Origin: Okamejei kenojei
Taxonomy: Eukaryota
DNA length: 64,000 nucleotides
NCBI GenBank assembly: GCA_035221665.1
Contig: CM069140.1
Span: 4,898,001-4,962,000 of the forward strand
Direction of reading: 5' to 3'
The notes under the pieces were generated by a model, which saw only the letters and a list, made by a program, of their open reading frames with translations, searched no databases and was not told where the DNA came from. Made by a program: the position numbers and the translations under genes. This document shows positions 1 through 12,740 of the stretch, piece after piece (positions within the stretch are counted from its first letter, which is position 1; each line of letters begins with the position of its first letter).

Positions 1-1393
1 TAGAGTCATAGAGAGTCATGCAGTGTGGAAACAGGCCCTTCGGCACAACCTGCCCACACCGACCAACATGTCCCCTCAACACCTGCCTGTGTTTGGCCCA
101 TATCCCTCTAAACTTGCCCAGAGTAGGGGAATCAAGAACCAGAGGACATATTTTAAGGTGAAGGGGGAAAGATTTAATAGGAACCTTTTTCCACGAGGGT
201 AACTTTTTTCACGCAAAGGATGGTGGGTGTATGGACGAGCTGCCAGAGGAGGTAGTTGAGGTTGGTAGTATTGCAATGTGTCAGAAACATTTAGACAGGT
301 ACATAAATAGAGCAGATTTGGAGGGATATGGGCCAAACGCGGACAGGTGGGAGGAGTATAGGTGGGACATGTTGGTCGGTGTGGGCAAGTTGGGGAGAGG
401 CCTGTTTCCACACTGTAGAACTCTAATCTCTTTTTAGAACTCCCTTACAGACTCCACAACTCTGAACTAGAGCATTACAAAGAAATCATGAGCTTCCATG
501 CAAACAAAAATTCTCCAAGTCACAAATATCTAAGCTCCCATGTTGAATGAGACTTATAATTACAGAAACTATGCCATCTGCAAACACTTCGAACACTGTC
601 AAACCTACCAATTATTTTTACCTCAATAAGTTCTCCTCTCATTCGTCAAGGTCTCGATAACAACAGCCTGCTAACTCCATTATAATGGGCCCATCACCCA
701 AGAAGCGGTCAGTGTATTTTTATTGAATTCCTTTCGCAATGTTTTAGGCAAGGATAATTGTAAATGTTGACTATGGTATAATCTCAAGGAACTGCAGATG
801 CACGTTTACCAGAAAAAAGGGGCAAAGTGCTTTAAGACAGCAATTTTTAAGAAATAATTAGACAGGTACATGGATAGGACAAGTTTGGAGGGATATGGAC
901 CAAATGCTGCCAGGTGGTACTATTGTAGATGGGACATGTTGGTTGGTGTGGGCAAGTTTCCAAGCTGTATGACTCTATGGTGGAGTAACTCAGCAGGTTA
1001 GGCAGCATCCCTGGAGAACATGGAGGGACATTTCAGGTCTCTTTCTTCCCTCCCCCCCTCCCTCCCCCAACAATCAGTTTGAAGAAGGGTTCCAACTCGA
1101 AACATCATCTATCCATGTTCACCATGGACACTGCCTGACCTAGAGTAGTTACTCCAGCAATGTGCCTTTCTATGGTATAGTCTCACACAGGCCATTATCT
1201 GATTGCAATTAATTTCTCTCATATCATAGAAACATAGACAATAGGCACAACAGGAGTAGGCCATTCGGCCCTTCGAGCCAGCACTGCCATTCAATATGAT
1301 TATGGCTGATCATCCAAAATCAGTACCCTGTCCCTGCTTTCACCCCATATCCCTTGATTCCGTAAGTCCTAAGAGCTATATCTAACTTTCTCT

Positions 1394-1647
1394 AACTGCA
1401 GATGACTAACTCAAATCGAAGATAGTCACTAAAGCTGGAGTAACTCAGCGGGTCAGATGGCATCTCTGGAGAAAAGGAATAGGTGACATTTTGGATCGAG
1501 ACCCTTCTTCAGACGGAATTCTGAAAGAGTCTGAAGAAGGGTCTCGACCCGAACGTCACCTATTCCTTCTCTCCAGAGATGCTGTTTGACCCGCTGAGTT
1601 ACTCCAGCTTTTTGTGTCTATGTTCGGTCGAACCAGCATCTGCAATT
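1394..1647. repeat. Palindromic PLE terminal-repeat pair (inverted hammerheads)
   Basis: ~120-bp arms 1394-1514 and 1529-1647 are reverse complements separated by a 14-bp spacer. Similar palindromes at ~8605-8750, 13215-13365, 31755-31940, 41015-41220, 55735-55925 and 59000-59210. Confidence 0.85.
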
Positions 1648-1825
1648 CCTTCCCACTCTTGTGAATATCAATGCATCCCAATTTCTCAACTCACCAGATT
1701 TTCTACCCTTGGCCAATCTTAGATCTTGCTTCAGCATCAACCTCCATCTATCACCCTGTTGGCCTTCACCAAGCCCCGTCGATGGCGGTGGGGCCTCGGG
1801 AGCATAGGAGCCGGGGGAGGGGGGT

Positions 1826-2845
1826 AAGCTCGGTGGCGGTGATGGGAGCCTCGGCGGCGGTGATGGGAGCCTTGGCGGGGGTGATGGGAGTCTCGGTGGC
1901 GGTGATGGGAGTCTCGGTGGCGGTGATGGGAGCCTCGGTGGTGATGGGAGTCTTTGGTGGTGATGGGAGTCTTGGTGGTGATGGGAGTCTTGGTGGTGAT
2001 GGGAGTCCTCGGTGGCGATGATGGGAGTCCTGGTGTGGCGGTGATGGGAGTCTCGGTGATGATGGGAGTCTCGGTGGCGGTGATGGGAGTCTCGGTGGCG
2101 GTGATGGGAGTCTTGGTGGTGATGGGAGTCTTGGTGGTGATGGGAGTCTTGGTGGTGATGGGAGTCTTGGTGGTGATGGAGTCATGGTGATGGGAGTCTC
2201 GGTGGCGGTGATGAGAGTCTTGGTGGGGAGTGATGGGAGTCTTGGCGGTGATGAGAGTCTTGGTGGTGATGGGAGCCTCGATGGTGGTGATGGGAGCCTC
2301 GGTGGCGGTGATGGGAGCCTTGGCGGGGGTGATGGGAGCCTCGGCAGCGGTGATGGGAGCCTTGGCGGGGGTGATGGGAGTCTCGGCGGCGGTGATGGGA
2401 GCCTTGGCGGGGGTGATGGGAGCCTCGGTGGGAGCCTTGGCGGGGGTGATGGGAGTCTCGGTGGCGGTGATGGGAGTCTCGGTGGCGGTGATGGGAGTCT
2501 CGGTGGCGGTGATGGGAGTCTCGGTGGTGGTGATGGGAGTCTCGGTGGCGGTGATGGGAGTCTCGGTGGCGGTGATGGGAGTCTCGGTGGCGGTGATGGG
2601 AGTCTCGGTGGCTCGGTGATGGGAGTCTCGGTGGCGGTGATGGGAGTCTCGGTGGCGGTGATGGGAGTCTCGGTGGTGGTGATGGGAGCCTCGGTGGCGG
2701 TGATGGGAGTCTCGGTGGTGGTGATGGGAGTCTCGGCAGCGGTGATGGGAGCCTCGGCAGCGGTGATGGGAGCCTAGGCGGGGGTGATGGGAGCCTCGGC
2801 AGCGGTGATGGGAGCCTTGGCGGGGGTGATGGGAGCCTCGGCGAC
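1826..2845. repeat. G-rich minisatellite, 21-bp unit (GGTGATGGGAGTCTCGGTGGC) with 18-bp variants
   Basis: About 50 tandem units; it generates the spurious [14 protein letters not shown] and PPRLPS ORFs. Confidence 0.95.
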
Positions 2846-3412
2846 GGCAGCTAGTGCCTCGGCGGCAGGTGGGGGGGGGTCTCGCGATCGACTCGCGATT
2901 AACGGTAGATGAACGCGAGAGGGGAGGGGTGGTGGGGAAGAAAATGGCATGGGGGGGATCGCCATGAGGGACAGTGGGAGAACAAAGGGGGACCTAGTGT
3001 GGGGAAGGGATGGGAGGGCATTCTTGTTTACTATCCTCTGCCCAGGGGATAAGGCTGTATTAAGGGCCTGTCCCACTTTCACGATCTAATTCACAACCTT
3101 TTTTACTGCTACACCACCGTGACTTTATATGTCATATGAAGCACAAGAAATAAGAAATATTGGGGTTGGGGCAATTATATAAGAAGGGAAAGTTGCAAAG
3201 TGATATATCTGCACCTTTGTGCTGCCTGAACATTGTATGAAATGTATGGTCTGGCAGCCAAAACATGGGCTAAATAATGACATTGTATTCATACAAGAAT
3301 TGATGACCACCAGAGATGGTCCATGGGCTGTCTACAGTATTAAACCCTGTAGAAAAATCAATCCAAAAACAACAACATAAAGCGATGCATCACTTCTGTC
3401 AACTGCCATTCT

Positions 3413-3466
3413 GGGGTGGGCGTCTGCAACCTTCACGTGGTCCACCCTGTTTCGAGGAATGCAATC
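3413..3466 (+). ncRNA. HDV-like ribozyme, degenerate (catalytic C changed to G)
   Basis: P1 GGGGUGG/CCACCCU, P3 ACC/GGU and L3 UUCACGU are retained. P2 is weakened (GUCUGCA/UGCAAUC), and J4/2 reads GGAA rather than CGAA (position 3456). Confidence 0.7.
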
Positions 3467-3548
3467 TACCTGGCGTGCACAAACAGAAGGTCAAACAGAA
3501 CAAGTTGTCTTACAACATTAGGCTGTGCACGCCATATGCAAGAAGAAG
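3413..3548 (+). mobile_element. Short non-autonomous retroposon with 5' HDV-like ribozyme, copy 1
   Basis: 12-bp TSD aactgccattct (3401-3412) / aactggcattct (3549-3560), GAAGAAG tail, and an internal 11-bp stem tggcgtgcaca (3471-3481) / tgtgcacgcca (3524-3534). Confidence 0.85.
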
Positions 3549-3884
3549 AACTGGCATTCTACCTCTACAAGAATGGGAATAAATTTCAATTTCAAAATTG
3601 AATTTTCCTCCAACATTTCCATGGCCTTTTTCTGCTTCCCTGCTTGCAACCGTCCCCGATGATATTGAATTGGCACATGTAACAGGTACAGTGAAATGCT
3701 TGGTTTTGCATGTGGCAAAATCATGTAGCAGACCTCACCGGGGCGGTTTCCAAACATCGCCACGTATTAGCGCTGACAAAGTTAGTAAAGTCTACCGTCT
3801 GCCTGCCTCCATATGGGGACTTTGGTTTACGGGCCGTGCCCAGTTGAGGGTGACGGAGGAGGCCCTGCAGCAGCCTGGGGCTTA

Positions 3885-4290
3885 CCTGGAGTGCAGGAGG
3901 ATGAGGAGTGATCTTATAGAGGTGTACAAAATCATGAGAGGAATAGATCGGGTAGATGCACAGAGTCTCTTGCCCAGAGTAGGGGAATCGAGGATCAGAG
4001 GACACCGGTTCAAGGTAAAGGGGAAATGATTTAATAGGAATCTGAGGGGTAACTTTTTCACCCAGAGGGTGGTGGGTGTATGGAACAAGCATCCAGAGGA
4101 GGTAGTTAAGACTGGGACTAAGCCAATGTATAAGAAGCAGTTAGACAAGTACACGGATAGGACAGGTTTGGAGGGATATGGACCAAGCGCAGGCAGGTGG
4201 GACTAGTGTAGCTGGGACATGTTGGCTGGTGTGGGCAAGTTGGGCCGAAGGGCCCGTTTTAACACTGTGTCACTCTATGATTCTATGACG
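3885..4290 (+). mobile_element. Old CR1 3' fragment (similar fragments at ~115-425, 9570-9940, 15720-15980, 16750-17000, 22585-22925, 58465-58695, 61070-61395, 63700-63975)
   Basis: LECRRMRSDLIEVYKIMRGIDRVDA...RGHRFKV and 3' end gggccgaagggcc...ctctatgattctatga. Confidence 0.8.
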
Positions 4291-4447
4291 CGGATCGGGA
4301 GCTGCGCGTGGACCAGACTTTAGACTTTTTGTACAGGGCGCTATAATATGGTGACTCGTGCATGTGTGAGTGATGCAAAACAAATCTCACTGTGCAGTGA
4401 ACATGTGACAATCAAACACCATTGATCCATTGAGTAGGAAGGAATAT

Positions 4448-5000
4448 GCAGGAAGGAACTGCAGATGCTGCTTTAAACCGAAGATAAACGCAAAGTGCTG
4501 GTGTAACTCAGCGGGTCAGACAGCATCTCTGAAGAAAAGGAATGGGTGACATTTCAGGTCGAGACCCTTCTTCAGACTGAGAATCAGGGGAAAGGGAAAC
4601 AAGAGATATAGACGGTGACATGGAGAGATATAGAACAAATGAATACCTCATCTCTCGGTTGCCAAACACTTTAAGTCCTCTTCCCATTCCCACACTGACC
4701 TTTCTGTCCTGGGCCTCCTCCATTGACAGAGTGAGGCCCAACGCATATTGGAGGAACAGCACCTCATATTTCACTTGAGCAGCTTTTTATTCTGATTTCT
4801 CTAACATCAAGTAACCCTTGCATCCTCTCTACTTCCGGCCCCACCCAAGTCATTTCAAAGTTGTCTTGTTGAGTCTCATTATTTGTAACTCATTTTCACC
4901 TAGCCCACAGCTAACAATGGCCTGTTTCCTTTACCATCATTACTTTTTTGCATATCTTTAATTTATTTGTTCTATATATCTCTATATCATCATGTATATC
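4448..5000. mobile_element. PLE remnant: inverted terminal repeat (-) joined to GIY-YIG C-terminal fragment (+)
   Basis: 4448-4645 is the reverse-complement terminal repeat with hammerhead; 4647-4815 is endonuclease tail sequence. Other PLE endonuclease pieces lie at ~7075-7485 (+), 10890-11065 (-) and 60850-61035 (-). Confidence 0.75.
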
Positions 5001-5924
5001 TCTTTTGAGTGAATAATTGGCATTACATTGGCAACTAGTATGTGATAAAAAAACTCAGATTGCTGAAATAAATAAGTCATTAAATATCAGGTGACGATAT
5101 CTGATATAGCATGAAACAGGCCCTTTGGCCCATCGAGTCCATGCCAATCAAGGTCACCCATTCCCTCGTTCCATCCATGACCCTAGGGACTATTTTTATA
5201 GAAGCCAATAAACCTACAGACCTGCACTCTTTGGAGCACCCACAGAAAACCACGTGGTCACAGGGAGAACGTACAAACTCCGTACAGACAGCACCCGAGG
5301 TCAGGATCGAACCCGGGTCTCTAACGCTGTAAGGCTGCAACTCTAACGCTGTAAGGCATGACCTCAAATACACATAAGAAAGTGTTATTTAAAAAGTTAA
5401 TCAAACACAAGGGGTGGTTGAGCAGTTGCTGCCTTACAGCGCCAGAGACCCGGGTTCAATCTGTACGGAGCTTGTACCTTCTCCCCGTGACCTGTGTGGA
5501 TTTTCTCCGGGTGACCCGGTTTCCTCCCACACTCCAAAGACTAACAGGTTTGTAAGTTAATTGGCTTGGTATAATTGTAAATGGTCCTTAGTGTGTGTAG
5601 GATAGTGCTAGTGTATGGGGGTCGCAGGTCGGTGCGGACCTGGTGGGTCGAAGGGCCATTTTCCACACCGTATCTCCAAACTAAAGTAAACAAGATTTAG
5701 CATTTGAGCAGATGTGTGAAAACCACATTGGTGGAAGCGCACTCCAGAAAGAGGAGGAATTTTGGCCAGTGCTCAACATCAATATTAGTGCCATATCTCA
5801 CAGACAGGAGTACCAATACTAAACCCAAGTCACTTGAACACCAGGAACTTGGTAGCAAAGCTCTCAGTGCTATGGCTATTGATCAGTTGGATGCCACTTT
5901 ACAGCAGTGAAATGCTTCAGTTGT

Positions 5925-6356
5925 TCAAGGTCAGGTCGGGGGGAGTTCCCCCCGCCACGGGTACCATGTAATCCCGTGCTACCTGCTCCAGGGTCGGATA
6001 GTCGGCGACTAAACCGTCTCCCCCACCTGGTTTGCCAGGTGAGGAGGGGGCTGTGGACCCCCAGCAGGACCAAAAACAAGACCTGTCAAAGGGCGGATGA
6101 GCTCCTAGCGAGCCAACGGCCATCCACACGTCAGTAGAAGTTGCGATCACTGTCGTACACGGCATTGTAAGGAATGATGATAAGGCACGCACACCAAAAT
6201 CCGATACTTCCAGCGGCGGAAGTCCGCAGGAACTGGCGGTCAGAGACGCGTGGTGCGTCCGTCACCGTTCCCGTCGGAAACCAGCGCCACTGCGTCGGCT
6301 AGTGTTTTCAACGATGATGAATGAGTGAGTGAGTGAATGCATGAATGAATGAATAC
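5925..6356 (+). mobile_element. Short RTE-like non-autonomous retroposon (GC/CpG-rich)
   Basis: Non-coding structured body ending in a GATGATGAATGAGTGAGTGAGTGAATGCATGAATGAATGAAT microsatellite tail. Family assignment is inference. Confidence 0.45.
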
Positions 6357-6599
6357 GTAAAGGGATATCCGGTCTCAGATGTGTCACGCCAGGCATGAGG
6401 ATTGCATGCCACAGTATCAGTCAATCAGACCGTCATTATCAGAGGAAAAATACATACCTCAAGCCGCTAAAGACAAGCCGGAGCTATTGCATTGAAAATA
6501 ATGCAGAGGCCTTGGAAAATCCAAAACAAAAGCAAAAAGTTACGGAAGCTCTCAGTCAGCCAACAGACACCCAGGGGAGAGAAACAAGATCAAAACGGT

Positions 6600-6845
6600 C
6601 AGAGGGGAGAGGGGGGAGAGGTAGAGATGGGGAGGGGAGGGGGGAGAAGTAGAGAGGGAGAGAGGGAGAGGGAGAGGGGAGGGGGAGAGGGGGGGAGAGG
6701 GGAGAGTAGAGAGGGAGAGAGGGAGAAGGAGAGAGGGGGGAGAGATGGAGAGGGAGAGGGGGGAGGGGGAGGGGGGGGGGGAGGGGGAGGGGGGGAGGGG
6801 GGAGAGGTGGAGAGGTGGAGCGGTAGATAGGGGGAAGAGAGAGCA
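6600..6845. repeat. Polypurine (G/A) low-complexity tract
   Basis: Almost exclusively G and A on the plus strand. Confidence 0.9.
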
Positions 6846-9800
6846 GAGCGAGGTTACATGAAATGGTCGAATGTAATATTTTATCCCAGGAACCACATTG
6901 TGCACTTATGAAGGTGGCGTTGCTCCACGCTTATGAAGGTGACGTTGCTCCACGCTTATGCTAGAGACAGAAGTGAGGATGGGACTAATTGTATGAAAGT
7001 TAGACAAATAGGAAACTCAGGATCACCACTGCAGAATGAATTACCCCTGGAAGAGAATCCAAAGTCTCTTACAATTCACAATCCAGCGGTATGAATATTG
7101 AACAAGACGACTTTGAAGCTGATACCATTTGGGTGGGGGAGGAAAGGAGAGCGACCCTCTCTCTCCATTCCTCCCCCATCCAAATAGTCGTCTTGTTGAG
7201 TCTCATTGTCTGTAACTCGTTTTCATCTAGCACACAGCTAACAATGGCCTAACAAGTATCATCCTTGCTTTTTTCCATATCTTTCATTAATTTGTTCTAC
7301 AATATATCTCTCTGCATCAGTCTATTTCTCCGTTTCCTTTCCCCCTAACTCTCAGTCTCAAGGGTCTCGACCCGAAACGTCACCTATTCCTTTTCCACAG
7401 AGAAGTTGCCTGGCCCGCTGAGTTACTCCAGCTTTTTTGTCCATCTTCGGTTTAAACCTACATCTGCAGTTCCTTCCTACACATAAAAGACTCGCTGGAG
7501 TTTGAAGAAGAGTCCCGACCCCAAACATCACCTATCCACGTGTAGCAGTGATAGAGCTTGACCCATTTTGAGTTTATCTACAACGTCTCATATTCTCATG
7601 GATATGAACTCTAATGACTCTTGCGTCAGCTTGGGTAATAAAAAAAGCAATAATAGGAAGATTTGGCGGATCATAAACCTCCAGAGTTCAACGTGCAATG
7701 TGGCATCTATTTATCAGAGAAGGATATTTTATGGAGCAAACTTTGGCATACAACCATGTTGAAGGGCAGTGCCTAATGAGGTTAGAATGCAGACATGAGC
7801 AAAGAGTGCAATAAGAAATATGCTTGCTTTTTCACGAGTTTGACATCCCAAAGATCCCTATAGACCGCATGGCAGCGTCTGATATAGCTGCAAAGAGCAA
7901 TTTTCTATGGAACAGACACCTGCAATAGTTAGATGACTTAGAATACACAAGGGAGGGAGTGCACCAGTAAGCTTTATTATAGTTTAGAGATACAGCGTGG
8001 AAACGGGCCCTTTGGCCCACCGAGGCCACGCCGACCAGCGATCACCCGTATACTAGTTCTACCCTACACACCAGGGACAATTTACAGAAGCCAATTAACC
8101 TGCAAACAGGCACATCGCTGGAATGTGGGAGATAACCAGTGCACCTGGAAAAAACCCATGCGGGTCACAGGGAGAACGTGCAAACTCCGTGCAGACAGCA
8201 CCCATAGACAGAATCGAACCTGGGTCTCTGGCGCTGTGAGGCAGCAACTCTACCGCTGCGCCAAGGTGAAAAAAAGTAAAATATTACTGGTCATTTGCAT
8301 GCTAATACAATTACCAGATGTAAATGTTGCCCTGATTACACACCGTAAAGCAGTCAAATACAGTGAAGGGGTAAAACTAGAGGCCATTTATTGAGCTTAG
8401 GTACGAGGTTCAGCATGGAAAATGGCCCACACCGACCATTGGTCACCCCCATTCACACCAGTTTGTGACAAATACTGTACATGGTACCTGCATGAGCTCG
8501 CAACAACCGAGGATCCCCACCACCTTGGCCATGGCCTCTTCTCACAACCACCAGAAGGTCGTGGGTATAGTACCCGCCATCAAGTTCAGAAACAGCTGCT
8601 TTCAACAGGGCAGGCAGCATCTCTGGAGAAAAGGGATGGGTGACATTACGGGTCGGAAGAACGGTTCTGACCCAAAACGTCACCCATCTTTTTTCTCCAG
8701 AGATGCTGCATGACCCACTGAGTTACTCCAGCACTTTGTGTCTATCTTTGGAAAGGCTTTTATAGTATTTTCAAAGATCTCATGCACGATTCATTATAAC
8801 ACTTGGGAACAGCTCCATCCAAGACCGCAATAAATTGCAAAAGATTGTGGACGCAGCCCAGACCATCACACAAACCGACCTCCCTTCCATTGACTCCATC
8901 TACTCACCCTGCCTCGGCAAGGCCAGCATCATAATCAAGGACCAGTCTCACGTCCGGCCACTCCCTCTTCTCCCCTCTCCCATCAGGTAAGAGGTACAGA
9001 AGTGTGAAAACGCACACCTCCAGATTCAGGAACAGCTGTTCCCATAGGTTATCAGGCAACTGAACCATCCTATCGCCAACAAGAGAGCTGTCTTGAGCCA
9101 CTATCTACCTCATTGGTGACCCTTGGACTATCTTTGATTGGACCTTACTGGCCTTGCACTAAACGTTATTCACATTATCATGTATCTACACTGTGGACGG
9201 CTCGATTGTAATCATGTATAGTCTTTCCGCTGATTGGCCAGCACATAACAAAACAGCTTTTCACTGTACCTCGGTACACGTGACAACAAGCTAAACCTAT
9301 AACCAACACAAAAGCAATGTTCCATCATAACAGGCTGGAATTATCCTATGGAATAACAAGCAAACCTTCTTTCTCTCCACCTCTCACCTCAATTAATATT
9401 TAGATCCCTTCAGAACTCAAAAACAATCTCATGGTCATTTATGGATGAAATGAGGTAGAATGGAAGAAAACTACTCTTGCATCTTCATACATGCAGGAAC
9501 AATGCAAAGTTGAAAAACCAAGACAATTTGTTGCACAGAATGCACTTTGGGACAACAAGCCCAAGAAAATGTACCGAATAGTGGAAGGTCTGGATAGAGT
9601 GGATGTGGAGAGCATGTCTCCACTAGTGGGAGAAACTAGGACCAGAGGGCATAGCCTCAGAATACAAGGATATTCCATAAGGAAGAAGACCAGGAGGAAC
9701 TTATTTAGTCAGATGGTTGTGAGTCTGTGGAATCAATTGTCACAGAAGGCTGTGGAGGCCAAGTCAATGGATATTTTTAAGGTAAAGATGGATAGATTCT

Positions 9801-10377
9801 TGATTGGTACAGGTGTCAGGGGTTATGGGGAGAAGGTGGGAGAATGGGGTTGGGAGGGGGGGATAGATCAGCAATGATTGAATGGTGGAGTATACTTGAT
9901 GGGCCGAATGGTTTAATTCTGCTCCTATCACTTATGGACTTGAGGGAATGAGTTGATTTAAAGCAAAATAAAAAATAATGTTCCTGTTAAAGCCTAAAGC
10001 AAATGTGGATACTATCCTTCAAATTAATGATGATTTGCATTGACTTCGAACTCTTAACAGTCTTACTGGAAGCAAAGATACAGTGGTCTTCACAGACTGT
10101 TAGAAAGTAAAAGTGGCAGCAAAGACTAAAGAACTCCAAAAGCCCATTGCAAACAATGGATCAAACCTTCATGATCCAATATGGACCATAGATAGAAATT
10201 GTTGACCCAAGACATTTAATGCTTATACATGAATTAAAGCACTATAATTTCAAAAGCGTTCAAGTTATGAATTTCCAACACAGCTGGCACCAATTGAAAC
10301 AGTTGTGTCATTGGCATAGCAAGAGCAATGACAAATGCTTATGTTCAGAAAGGAGTTGACCTGGATCAACTCCTTTC

Positions 10378-10820
10378 TGAAAGGTTGAACAAGTTAGGTC
10401 TTTATTCTTTGGAGCGGAGAAGGTTAAGGGGGGACTTGATTGAGGTCTTTAAAATTATGAAAGGGATAGACAGAGTTAACGTGGATACGTTTTTCCCATT
10501 GAGGGTAGGGAAGATTCAAACAAGAGGGCATGACATGAGAATTAAGGGACAGAAGTTTCGGGGTAACGTGAGGGGGAACTTCTTTACTCAGAGGGTGGTG
10601 GCTGTGTGGAATGAGCTTCCAGCAGAAGTGGTGGAGGCAGGATCGATTTTAACATTTAAGAGTAAAGTGGATAGGTATATGGACGTGAACGGGAATGGAG
10701 GGGTATGGTCTGAGTGCAGGTAGATGGGACTAGGGGAAAACAAATGGTCGGCACGGACTGGAAGGGCCGAGAGGGCCTGTTTCCGTGCTGTAATTGTTAT
10801 ATGGTTATATGGTTATATGG
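10378..10820 (+). mobile_element. CR1 3' fragment of a second subfamily with (TATATGGT)n tail
   Basis: RLNKLGLYSLERRRLRGDLIEVFKIMKG; nearly identical inverted copy at ~34921-35345. Confidence 0.85.
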
Positions 10821-11716
10821 ATCATTTTAGCCGATACTACATTCACAGGATTGCAATTATAACAGTCAGAACAAGTTACTGTACAGGATGGAGAGAGAGA
10901 GGGAAAGCAAAGGCTATTTGAAGTTAGAGAAGTCAATGTTCATACCACTGGGGTGTAAACTACCCAAGCGAAATATGAGGTCCTGTTCCTCCAATTTGCG
11001 CTGGGCCTCACTCTGACAATGGAGGAGGCCCAGTACAGAAAGGTCAGATTGGGAATGGGAGGGGGAGCAAAAGGTATGATCTTCCAGCTGGACTCTGAAG
11101 AACCCATTTCCCTAGCAACTAATCTGGTGCAAAGGTCAAGACCACCACCCAACCCAACAGCGCCAGGCCTTTAACCAGTATGTTACGGTCTGAAATATAG
11201 ATTTTGCTTTTGCAATGAGAAACAGAATACTCTATACCACTTAATGACTTCCAACTGTGGCATTTATTTAGATAGACCAGTAAAAATAAGTGAATGCAGT
11301 AAAAATAACCAATGCTTATTTAATTACATGGAGCAGATTCTTCTCAGCAACACCCCATCAAATGATTATGATCTTAAAACATCATCCATCAAAATCAAAT
11401 TACAACCAGACTTCGGGTCACATCATAGCTCGCTCAAATTACAGTACGAAACCCAAAATATTTTGCTGTTCCTCATCATAGGCACAGGTTTTACTGCAGT
11501 TATTTAATGGATTTAGGCGGGGAAACAAAAAACAGGCCAATAATTCCCCCGTGTCCATGCAGAAAGCAAGAGTATGGGGGCAGATGCATTCACATGCCGT
11601 CTGCAAGGATTACAACACTAGAGATCATTTAATAAAAATCATCTGCTGGTTCTTGGCCCAGTCCCATCTGCCTTCAGTAAAGACAAAGCAATTAGATATG
11701 GGAGGAATGTGACTTA

Positions 11717-12016
11717 AGGGCCTGTCCCACTTTCCCGAGTCCTCTGCCGAGTTGAAAGGACCTTAAAAAAAAAAATCAAGATTTTTGTGATCTATGAACT
11801 CCTCCTCCCGACTATCTTTTTACTCGTGGACTTTTTTGTCATCTTGGAAAAAAAGTCCAGACTTACCTGATGCCCCGAGTACCTACGGCTGGCATAACGA
11901 GCCGCTACGATATATCCACGGACTCCTACGGCCTCGCTACGGACATTCTCCGAGTTTGAATCAAGGGGAAAACCCGGGTGAATTCGTGAGTAACTCAGGA
12001 AAGTGGGACAGGCCCT
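11717..12016. mobile_element. PIF/Harbinger-type MITE (300 bp)
   Basis: TIR AGGGCCTGTCCCACTT / AAGTGGGACAGGCCCT with a 3-bp TTA TSD on both sides. Confidence 0.85.
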
Positions 12017-12057
12017 TTAAGGAACTTGAGTTTAGTTTATTGTCATGTGTACCGAGG

Positions 12058-12370
12058 TTGGCACGGTGGCACAGCGGTAGAGTGGCTGCCTCACAACGGC
12101 AGAGACCTGGGTTCGATACCGACTACGGGTGCTGTCTGTATGGAGTTTGTACATTCTCCCCGTGACCTGCATGGGTTTACTTCAAGATGTTCGGTTCCCC
12201 CCCCCCCCACACTCGCACACACAGACGTGCAGGTTTGTAGGTTAATTGGCTTGATATAAATGTAAAATTGTCCCTAGTGTGTGTAGGGTAGTGTTAGTGT
12301 CGGGGATCGCTGCTCAGCACGGTCCCAGTGGGCCAAAGGGCCTGTGTCTGTGCTGTATCTCTAAACTAAA
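12058..12370 (+). mobile_element. V-SINE (HE1-like)
   Basis: A and B boxes, V-domain and tail. Confidence 0.85.
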
Positions 12371-12740
12371 GTGAAAAGCTTTTGTCAATAAATATGCAGA
12401 ATACTTGGTTGCCCAAAACTATTATGGTTTAATTTAATGGAAACATGCACAAAAAAAAATCACGAGGGCACTTTATTAAAATATTTTATCCACCTTTTTT
12501 TGTCCTATTTCCTGGTTTGTAACTTATAATTTCTTCCACCTTAGAATTCAGATCGGAGAGAATATGATATTTGAGCTAACAAATGTATTTAACATGTCGC
12601 AGAACCCAATGAACTATTAAATAAAAACATTTTTTTTTAACGACAAATATTAAATATCAATTATAAGAGTAACTTCAACACAATGCTGTTCGGCACTTGC
12701 AAAATAGGGCTTATTTATGACTTAAAAGTATTCCCCGACT

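Noticed and set aside
480-720. Possible minus-strand RGL1 first exon (LFAWKLM; donor near 620)
   Set aside because: No start codon and donor in a consistent frame; the match is too short to support.
1671-3082. Gly-rich, Pro-rich and Val/Met-rich ORFs
   Set aside because: They are translations of the 21/18-bp minisatellite in several frames, with no exon signals.
6492-6905. Gly/Glu/Arg-rich and Pro/Ser-rich ORFs
   Set aside because: Products of the polypurine tract.
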